Below, in pieces: positions 48,901-60,900 of a stretch of 64,000 bases of DNA (its first letter is position 1; the number at the start of each line of letters is the position of its first letter). Both the position numbers and the translations under genes were made by a program. This stretch comes from a virus (Duplodnaviria; Caudoviricetes): positions 1 to 64,000 of the IMG/VR virus record IMGVR_UViG_3300012952_000019; one strand, given 5' to 3'. The notes beneath the pieces are model-generated. The model was not told the DNA's origin. It worked only from the letters and a program-made list of their open reading frames with translations, and did not search any database.

Positions 48901-51900
48901 TGATTACGGTAATAATGTTGGAACATTTAATAGTGGTGAATCTGGTAAGTCTAGAAAACTAACATTTAGAGAAAAACAAGGAACTGGAATATTCTCTGCA
49001 GGTCAAACAATTAGAACTAGAGATACTAAGGCAGAAGTAATTGGATTTGATTTCTCAGGTGATACCATATATCTTGGTAAGATTGGTAGATCACTAAGAG
49101 GTGGTGCTGACTATCATCAATTTAACTTCTCTGGTAGTGCTCAATTAGATACTTCAATTAAGAAATTTGGAGATGCATCATTACAACTTGATCTAGCAAC
49201 AAGTGATTATATTCAAATTCCTGCATCATCTGAATTTACCCGTGGTACAGGTGATTATACTATTGAATTCCAAGTTCGTTTAGATGCAGTATCTTTAGCA
49301 GATACTAAGACTTTAGTTGATATGAGAACAAGTGCTACTGAAGTTGCACTTAGAATTTACTTACAAGCAGCACAAGTTCGTGTTAATGTTAATGGTTCAG
49401 ATATAGCAACTTCTGGTGGAAATGCTCTAAACAATAATGTTTGGTATCATCTTGTAATTCAAAGAACTGGAACTTCTCTTAAGATCTTCTCTAATGGAGT
49501 TGAGATAGGAACTGGAACTGATAGTGGTAATTATACATTAGATAGACCAATTAGAATAGGTGCTGATTATGCAGGTCTTAATCCTATAACTGCACATATT
49601 GACGAGTTTAGATATTCTGTTGTTTCACGTTATGCTACAGTACCATTCACTTCACCAAATGGTATTTTCCAAGGAGATGCAGATACTAAAGTATTATGTC
49701 ACTTTGATGGTGCTGATGGTGCAACTAAGACTGAAGATTGGTCAGGTGGAGAATCATTTACTCAAGAAGAATATTTAAACAACGATGCTCTTGCTGTAAC
49801 AGATGCTTCTTCTGCTAATGCTCCTGCAGGATTTAATAAGAAGAGTCACAGATATCTTAACGCTGCAGATTTAATGTTAATGAACAAGGAATATCTTGCT
49901 CAAGAAACAGTTTATATTATGAAGGAAGTATTCCCTGCTCATAGTGTTAAGGGTAGTGAAGTTGATTGTGAAGATGATGTAAGAGATGTTGTTGATTCTA
50001 TTGTAGATGACTTACGTAATGGTAGTAATCATCATATGTGGAAAGCAGCTTCATACTATGTTAATAGAGCTGTTAATCCTATTCAAATTGTAAACGTAGA
50101 AGATGATGTCTCTATGACAGTCTATGTTTATGAAATATTAGATAAACTTGCTAAGTATATTGTTAATAATGTTCCTTGGAGTACTCAAGGTGATCATGGG
50201 TTAACTCAGAAGTTTGACACTTCTATCACATTTGATGGTTATACATCACAAACATTAACTAAGTTTAGTCCAACTGCAATCGACTATCATCCATCAATGG
50301 GTGACATGGAAATAACAGCTGCAAGTCATGGACTCGCGGCCCCTAGAACTATAACAGCATCATCGTCGGGATACACTGCTACCACTGGTGTTTTGACAGT
50401 TGAATCTGTTGGGCACTCTCTAGAAACTGGGGACAGAATTAAGTTTGAGCCTAATTCTATTACCATGACTTGTACTTGTGATGGTAATACAGTATCACAA
50501 AGTTACCCTAGAGATGATGATCCAGCAAACCAAGGCTGGTTAGAAGTAGCGAAGATTGATAATGATAACTTTAGTGTAAATGTTGGAACATCTCCAACAG
50601 TTAACTTTACTGCGACTGCAGCAGATTATGATAGTAATACTGGTTTCTTAACTATGGACATTGGTGACAATGACCTAAGACCAGGCAGTAAGTATACTGT
50701 TTCTAGTGCAGCATATAATCCTACTAGTGGTGTAATGACAGTTGGTATTGGTAATGACCAGTACAATGTTCATGATGCTGATTACAGTCCTACAAGTGGA
50801 GATTTAGAAATCTATACTGGAACACATAATTTAAAAACAGGACAGTTTATTAAGATTGCTAATAATGGTATTACATTTAGATGTTCTCAAGATGATTATG
50901 CTACTAATCATCCATATCCAAGAGCAACTGACCCTGCACGTGATACAGCATTAGAAGTTCTTCATGTAACTGATACATCATTCACAGTAAACGTTGGTAA
51001 ATCTCCTATCGTTGAATACGATGTTTCTAATGCAACCTTCAATCCTAATACAGGTGAGATGACATTGACTATTGGAAATCATAGTTTATCTGCAAATACT
51101 TCTATTAGAATTAAGACTCAAAGTATTGGATTTACATGCACATATGGTGCAGGTGTTCATTACTATCCAAGACCTCTAATTGATGAGCATAACGTAAGTG
51201 ATGCAGCATATAATCCAACAACAGGTGTAGTAACATTAACTATTCCTCAAGGACATGGTATGAAGGATGGTGATAAGGTTAAGATTCCTGATTACTCACT
51301 TTCATTCACATGTGATAAAGATAGTAATGCAACTACTCACAGATATCCTAGACCTTATGATCCTATTAGTGATAGATGGATCGAAATAAGTAATGTTCAA
51401 TCAACAAGTATTGATATTCAAGTATTAGATACTGCTCCTTCCACAAATACATCTACTCACACCTTTATAAGTTTCACAGGTGCAATTCAACAGAAACGTG
51501 ATAAGTCATTTGAACAATCTATTTCTATTGCTTCAGTAGGTCCAACAACAATTACTCTTAATGTTGGTATCTCAAGTAATACAACAACTCATACATATTC
51601 AACTTCATTAGCGGGTGCTGTTCAAACTGGTGGTAATTATAAACATAAGTTTAGGTCCGCACTGACTAATGCTATAACTGTAGAGCATGGCTTATATGTT
51701 GGTGATAGAGTTATGTTTGATAGAGACTCACTAACATTTACATGTCTTGAAGACGGTGGTGCTACTGAGCACACATATCCAAGAATTACAGATCCTTACT
51801 ATAACAAGTGGTTACCTATTTCTAATGTAACTCATACAACATTTGATGTTCAGGTACTAAGTTCTACACCTTCTACTAACCAAACTGCTCACACATTTGT

Positions 51901-54900
51901 TCGTGCTAAAGCAAATGGTTTAACAAGATCTGGTGAAACACTAAAACTTGCTAAAGATGCATTATCATTTACATGCTCACAAGATAATGATGCTACTGTT
52001 CATTCTTATCCTAGAGTTGATGATAGTGTTTACAATACTGCTATTCCAATTTGGAGTAATGGTAGCACTAGAATGACTGCCCAGAGTGCACTTTATAATA
52101 CTGCAACTGGAATGTTAACCATTACAATTTTGAATCATGGTTTAACAGTAGGCACTGAACTAAGATTAGAGAATAAATCATTAGTCTTTACATGTGCTAA
52201 AGATGGAAATAAAACAGAGCATGCATATCCAAGACCTAAAGATCCATTTGCTGCTAGATGGTTAAGAATTAAAGCAGTTACTGATCATACATTTACATTG
52301 TTTATTGGTGAAGCAAGTGCTACAGGTCAATATGCTCACACATTTATAAGAGCAGTTAAAGATGGTATTGTAAAACGTGATAATACTGTTACTGTTAACG
52401 TTGGTGCTACTCCAACTAAGGCGTATACTCCATCTGCTGCAACTTATAATGCTAGTACTGGTGCTTTAGAATTAAATGTTGGATCACATAGTTATCCTGC
52501 TCCAACACAACATACACCAACTGATGTTGCTTACAATCCTGTTAGTGGTGTAATGACTCTGACTATTGCAGGTCATAACTTCTCTAATGGTGAGAAAATT
52601 AAGATTGCTGATAATGGTATTAAATTAAGTTGTCCTTATGGTGGTGCAACTGGAACTGCTGCACAAAAAGACTATCCACGTTCTACTGACCCAGTTAGCA
52701 ACAAATGGATTCCAATATTCAACGTAACTACAGATACTTTTGATGTTCAAGTTCTAGATTCAACTCCTTCTACTAACGTTGATACTCATACATTTGTAAG
52801 TGCAGTTAATAACTGCGTTAGCAAGGCAAATTATACTGTTAAACTTGCTCCTGATTCATTAGTAATGACATGTGATATGGATAGTGGTGCTACTAAACAT
52901 CTATATCCAAGATCTAATGTTGCTACTCATACTCCATCTACAGGTACATCTTACAACCCAGTAACAGGTGCTCTTACAGTTTCAATTCCTACTGAATCAT
53001 TTACTGCTAGTGCTGCAAATTATAACGTTACAACTGGTGCTTGTGTATTAACAATATCTCAGAATGCAGGATCATATAATGTTACTGGAGCAACTTATGC
53101 ACCTACAACTGGTGTTCTAGTTCTTACACTTGGAGGAGGATCTCATAGTTTAACAACTAACGATAGAATTAAAATTACTCCAGAATCACTTAAATTTACA
53201 TGTGATTATAACAACGATAATAATACAACAATTCATCCTTATCCTCGTGCTGCAGGTGCTTACAACTCAACAAATTCAAAAGCAGATTATGCTTATGATA
53301 CATGGTTAGATATCACTGCTGTAAGTTCAACAACTATCACTGTTAATGTTAATGGTGGACAGGGTGCTATTACTGATATCAGTAACCATACATTTGTTGG
53401 TGCACTTGATGGTGCAGTTCAAGTTGGTCATGGTATAGTACCTGGCAACAAAGTTAAACTTGCTCCTAACTCACTAACATTTACTTGCACATTAGATGGC
53501 AACACTGCACAAAAATCTTATCCTAGATCAACAGGTGCTAATACAACAAGTGGTGCTGACTATGCTTATGATAAGTGGCTCAGAGTTATGGATGTTGGTG
53601 ACAATACTATAACTGTTAACTTGAATGGTGGTCAAGGTGCTATCTCAGATACATCAGCACATACATTCGTTTCAGCTACTGCAAATGGTATTACCCTTGG
53701 ACACGGTATGGTTGCTGGTACACCTATTAAGATCAAAGATGGTGGCGTAACATTCAGATGTGCCCATGATAATAATGCTACTTTACATCCTTATCCTAGA
53801 GCAACTGATCCTGCAAGTGACAAATGGTTGTTTATCAAGAATGTAAGTGATACTCAATTTGAAGTTGATATTTTACAAGGAACAACTCCTACAAATACAA
53901 CAACTCATACTTATGCAGGTTCTATGGATAATTGTATTATCCAAGGAGATCCACTTGTTGCTCAAGCAATTCCTATTGATGCTGTAACAGGAAGTACTAT
54001 TACTATCAATGCTTTAGATGGATATACACCTTCATTCACACCAAACCATACTTTAGATTCTGTATCTACATCTCAATTTACACCAACTAATGCAGTTTAC
54101 GATGGATCTACAGGTGAGATAGCAATAACAGTTGCTACCACTACGTTTACTCCTTCTACTGTTGCTTACAATGCAATAACTGGTGAGATGCAAATGACTA
54201 TCGGAAGTCATAGTTTAGCAGTTGGAGAAGAGATATTAATTGCTGCCAACTCATTAACATTTACTTGTGATTTCAATGGAGATGGAAATACTACAAATAA
54301 AACATATCCTAGAGCAACAAATGCATCGACTCCTACTGGTTCTGACTTTGCGTACAATAATCATTTACAAATTACTGATACAACAGCAACAACAATTACT
54401 GTTAACGTAAATGGTGGTGGAGGAGCAATTACTGATACAACTAATCATGTATTTGTTTCTGCAACTGCTGATGCTATCAGTGTTTCACATGGAATTAAAA
54501 CTGGAGAGAAAATAAAGATTGCTAATAATGGTATTACATTTACATGTCTTGAAGATAGTAATGCGACAAATCATCCATATCCAAGACCAACTGATCCTGC
54601 TAGTGGTAGATGGTTAGATGTTGTTGCAACTACAAATAATACATTCACTGTTCAAGTATTAGATGAAATCCCATCAACCAATATTACAGCTCATACATTT
54701 GTTTCTGCTACAACAAATGCTATTACAAGAGCGATAATTTCAACTGGTGGTAACTACAAACATAAGTTTATATCTGGTCTTACAAATGGAGTTAGAACAG
54801 GTGGTGACTATACTCATACATTCGTTTCTGCAACTACTAATGGAATACATGTTGCAGGTGACTCAGTATACCTTGAGGATAATTCAATAAGATTTACTTG

Positions 54901-57900
54901 TTCTCAAGATAATCATTTAACACAACATGATTATCCAAGAGTAACTGATCCTGCAAGTAAGCATGTAATGGAAGTTAAGACTGTAGATAATGATAGATTT
55001 GTAATTAACGTTGGTAAGTCACCACAAGAAAAACGTTACGATCATTTATTTGTTAGTGCAAATGCTAATTCTGTTATTAAGTCTAAGTATCAAATTACAA
55101 ATTGTTCTGATGTTTATACAACTACAAATAACTTAATTGATATTCTTAGAGATACAATAACTCAAGCTGCTTTACCATCTCCTGTAGATCATCTTGCAAC
55201 TATTACTGATCTTCTTCCAGTACAAGAGTTTGTTGGTGGTAGAGTATATTCATATCTTGAGGTTCCATTTAAGATCACTTATGAAGATGATGCTCAGGAA
55301 ATGGTATACACAGATAGAATCGATGTATTCAGTCGTTACAGATTCCGTGATGCTGCTAATTTAATTCGTCAGAATACAGGTGCTATTGTAGATAAGGCAT
55401 CATATGATATGTTAGTTCGTTATCCTGCTCTTTATCAGGATATGCCTAGAAACCAAGGTGGTGCATCTACAGATGGAATTGAGCGTTGTAAGACTGACCT
55501 TACACAGGTTTGTGGTGGAGTTGCTAATGATATAGAAAATGGTGGTAATGATAATGTTATTACTGCTGCAGGATTCTACATTGGTGCTAATAATATGATC
55601 CAACATATTAGATTACAGTTACCACAATCTATCTACGTTCATGAGCGTTTAATATATTACTTAAAGCAAGCAATAGATGGAACTTTAACAACTGATAATA
55701 CAGAAAATCTTATCGTTGGAGATTGGGGTATTACAAATGATGATAGTGTAACAACCTACGATGTATATGGTGCAACTTATGATGCAGGTTCTGGTGATTT
55801 AACAATGACTCTTGCATCAAACACTGGATCATATAGTGTTACTGGTGCAGTTTATAATCCAACATCAGGTGATTTAACACTTACAATCGGAACTCATACT
55901 TTAACAACCAATGACAAGGTTGGAATTGCTACTGAGTCATTAGTCTTTACTTGTGATTACAATAGTAATGGTAACCAAACTCAAAAGAGATATCCTAGAT
56001 CATTCGGTGCTAATACTACAAATGGTGCTGATTATGCATATAATCAATTCCTTGATATTACTGCTGTAAACCAATCAGGCGGTACAATCACTGTTAATGT
56101 CAATGGTGGTCAAGGTGCAATTACAGACACCACAACTCATAACTTTGTATTAACCCCATCTGCTACAAACGCTGTAACTGTTGGACATGGATTTAGTGCA
56201 GGTGATAGTTTACAAATAGGAAATGAAGCATTAACATTTACATGTTCAATGGATGGTAACGTTTCTAATAAAACATATCCTCGTGCAACTGACCCTGCAT
56301 ATGGTAAGTCACTTACAATTACAAATGCTACTGCTACAACTGTAACTGTTAATGTAGGAACTACTCCAGAAGTTAAATACACACCAACATTTGCAACTTA
56401 TAACGCTCAAAGCGGTATAATGGTTCTTACTATTGGTAACCACAATTTACAAACTGGACAACCAATTAAGATCAATGGTGGTGCATTGAAGTTTACTTGT
56501 GAGATGGATGGAAATGAAGCAATCAAATCTTATCCAAGAACAACTGATCCATTCTATGACAAACCTATTGATATTACTGCAACTACAGCAGATAGTATTC
56601 AGTTAAACGTTGGAACAAGTCCAATAGTTTTACATAATGTTTCTAATGCTACTTACAATCCTACTACAGGTGTAATGGTATTGACACTCAATGTAAACCA
56701 CGGATTAGTTGCTGGTACTAGCATTAGACTTGCTACTGAATCATTAGTCTTTACTTGCACATTAGATGGTAATACAGTTCAGAAATCATATCCTCGTTCT
56801 ACTAGTGCTAATACAGGAACAGGTGCTGACTATGCATATAATACTGCAATCAATATTGATTCTGCAGATCAAGCAGCAGGAACAATTACTATTAACGTAA
56901 ATGGTGGACAAGGTGCTATATCTGATACATCAGCACATACATTTGTTTCTGCTAATTCTGGTGCTGTAAGATCTGGTGGTGATTATGTTCACACATTCTA
57001 CTCTGCAGATACAGAATCTGTAATAGCAGGTGGTGAATACACTCACGTATGGGCAGGTGGTACTGCTACAGATGCAGTTAGTGTTATCGGTGATTGTGCA
57101 GATGTTAAGACTAATATTGAATCATTAATAACAACAGTTAATGATATAATTGCACCTACTGGAAAAGATTTTGATACTGCAGGTAATAGACTATACTTCA
57201 ACAGAGAACTTATTGCACAAGATGTTACTTCTAATATGGTGCAGGAGTTTACATATCAAGCAGGTCCTACAACATACTATGGATTCCAATTTGGTGGTAA
57301 TAATTTATTAGATACAGAATTCCAAGCTGATGTAGAACTTCTAGTTAAGTCATTAATATCTGACTTACAAACTGGTGGTAATAATAGTTCTGTTAAGGCA
57401 CTTGAAGATACATATCTCAATGCAGATGGAACTCTTCATAGAATTGAAGATATGGTTATGGCAACTGTATTTGGTATGGAAAAACTTAAAGAAGTTGGTC
57501 GTGAAGTAATTAGAAATAATGTATATAACGCATTTGAGAGTCAACCATTTGGTGCATATTCAACACAATCTGGTTTCACTGCATATAGAGATACAGAAGA
57601 AACAGTTGATATAGATGCTGTTGTTGGAGAATGGAATAATCTTCTTGATCATGTAATTGAGTTCTTCTCACCTGGTCAAAAGATTATGAGAAGTGGTATG
57701 AAACAAATACTGTTTAATTCAAACTACTATAAGAATGAATTAAACAATCTTGTTAATACTCAGTTTGGTAATGGTCAGTGGATTTATAATGATTTTGTAG
57801 ATGAGTTACTTGGAAATATGATCCAAGATTCTATTACAACTGATGTATCTCATATGCAAGATGCATATAGATTAACTCTTACAAGTGTAACTGGAGAGTT

Positions 57901-60900
57901 TAGAGTTGGTGAAGTTGTAACTGCTGCAGGTGGTGGATATGCTACGATTCTTGAATGGGATAGTAAAGATAGACATCTTTATATTAGTTCATTCCTTAGC
58001 GGTACAATCTCTGGTGGTGAAACTGTTACAGGTCAAACAGGTGGTGCTGCAACTGTAACTACTGGTGGAGTTGGTAAGAAATTTGACTGGTATACACATC
58101 CTGCAAACGTAGAAATTCTTAGAAATGCAAGATTAATTAGTTCTCAGGTTCAAGATCAATTAATAGGTCAAAACGTTGGTTATAATTATCCAGAAGATTT
58201 ATCTAGTGGAAATACACTTACTAATTTAACAGTATCAGCAGACGTAACTGCTGCTCCTGATAATGCATTAAGTGCTGATAAACTTGTTGCTACCACAACT
58301 GTTGGAGAACATTTTGTATTTAATAATTACAGTTTGAATGCGTTTGAAACATTTGACTCTGGTAACGTTACCTTCGATACTAGTGGAGAAACATTTGATA
58401 CTGGACAAGTAGGAACTCAGGAATCTCAGCAATTTACTTATTCTGTATTCTTGAAGCAAGGTGAATATACTAAAGCACGTTTCATGGTTTCTCTTGATGA
58501 AGATACAGCTCAGAGACAGCAAGCATTCTATGATATTGATTTAACAAATGGAACTACAGGTAGTATATTCCAACCTCAAGGTGGTCTTACAATAGATGCA
58601 TCTGGAGTTATACCTTATGGTGGAGGATGGTATAGAGCATACATTACAATTACATGTTCATTCGGTTTCCAACAACTTCGTCAACAAGTACAAATTAAGA
58701 ATGCTACTGGTCAAACTAGTTTTGCAGGTAATGCATCTGATGGTTTATTTGCATGGGGTCAAAAGTTAACTAAAGGATTAATTGATCCATATGCTGCTAC
58801 ATCTGGAGATGTATTCTATGCTGATACAGAGTATAACATTAAGACATACACAATCGATAAATTAGAAAATTGGATTTATGATGCATTAAAAGATCAATTA
58901 CTTAATCCTTCTCCAGAGTCAGGTTTCGTACCTTACTTTAGTGATAGTGATGCACAGAATTATCATCCAGAGTCAGTTCATAGATTAGTAAGATATAGTT
59001 TAGATATTATCCGTAATCAATTATTAAATAGCACTTACTATACTGACATTATTGTTCAAAATGGAATAGTTGCTCCTGCTAAAGATTATGGAACATTTGA
59101 TATTCCTGTTGGATTAGCAGGTGGTCTAAACAATGCTGATTACTTATATGGTTTAGAAAGTGGTTCATATGCTGAACTAGAAAAAGTAACTATGAACGAA
59201 GGTGAAGTCGTTCAAGTATATCAAAGATTCCGTATTGATGCTAATATTGTTGATGGTCCTTACTTCATGAATGAAGTAGTTCAGAAACAAGGTGATAGCA
59301 CAGTTACAGGTATTGTTTATGGATTCTATGAAGATGATAACTTCAAATATCTTGATGTTGCAGTTACTGGTGGAACATGGACAGTATTAGATTATGTTGT
59401 TGGTGCAACTAATACAACAACTGCACAAATTAATGCTATTGAAGATAGGATACAAATCACTGATCTTATGGGTGAGTTCACAGATAATATTCCATTCAAG
59501 GGATATGATTCTGGTGAAACTGCAATTCCAACTGGATTCTTAAAAGCACAAGCTGCTGTTACTGACAATAGTGGTGGTAAATTAACTGTTGATACTGAAA
59601 CATTAATAGGTACATTTGAAACTACTGCTACAATATATCCTGAGCAATCTAAATTGTTTATTGATGTTACTAGGTATGAAGGATTAGATGTATTAATAGG
59701 TTATAGAATATCATCTGCAGGACATACAAGAATTGGTATTACAATTCAGAATAATAAAAATGTATTTGTAGTAGGTAATAAACTTAATAAGATTACAAAT
59801 GGTATTATTGACGCTAACAACTTTGGTTATATTACTGAAATTGATCTTGATAATAATATTCTTTACTACATCTTAGCATCAGGAAATATTACTAATGGTG
59901 ATCAGGTTGGTGATTTTGGTGTTGCTCCTGATCCACTCAATCCATTAGGACATGCAGTAATCAATACTAAGTTAGATGTTGCAGGTGCTGCTACTGCAGT
60001 AATTCAAGACATTAAAGAAGTTGGTGTTAACAAACGATTCTATCTAACAAATGTAACAGGAACATTCAGTGGTAGAGATGGAATCTTTAGTAAGGATAAT
60101 TACAAGGCAGCTATCATAACTAAGACTGATCTTAAGGGACGTGTCGAACGTGCATTCAGAGGATTTGATGGATCACAAACTAACTTCAAGTTAACTATTT
60201 CAAACGGAACTCCATACTTCCCAGATCCTGCAGGACATATGTTGATATTCATTAACGGTGTTCTACAACCACCAGGTTCAGCAAATGCTTATACAGCATT
60301 CTCAGATAACATTCAGTTTACTGAAGCACCTGATCTTGGAGCATCATTCACAGGATTCTATGTTGGTAAGTTAAGACAGTTAGATGATATATCATTTGAG
60401 TTTGATTCATTACGTCAGTCATTCAACTTGAAACGTGACGATGTGTTCTACTCATTGACGCTGACTGATGGTGTTCAATCTTCTACAATCTTACCAGAAA
60501 ATAATATTATTGTTTCACTCAATGGTGTTATACAGGAACCAGGCGTTGGTTTTGAATTGGTTGGTTCTAGAATAATCTTCTCTGAGATTCCTCGTGTAGG
60601 ATCAACATTCGTTGCATTCTCATACGTTGGTTCTGAGGCAGACGTTGATGCTGCAGAAGTTGTACCACCAATAGAGGTTGGTGACTTTATTGATATACAA
60701 GGTGAGACTGAAGACAGACAGGTTGCTGTTATTGAATCTTCTAATTCACTTATTACATTTGATTATCTTGGATCTGTATTTGGACAGAATGCTAAAGCAT
60801 CCGCGACTTTAGTATCTGGAACTATTGATAGAGTTCAAGTAACATCTGGTGGATCTGGTTACACAACTAGACCAAATGTAAGAGTTGACTCTATATCTGG

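Noticed and set aside
50264-57085. Repeat region as a misassembly or simple tandem array
   Set aside because: Copies are well diverged, the frame stays open, and the parts close in strict nested order, which a collapse or expansion artefact would not produce
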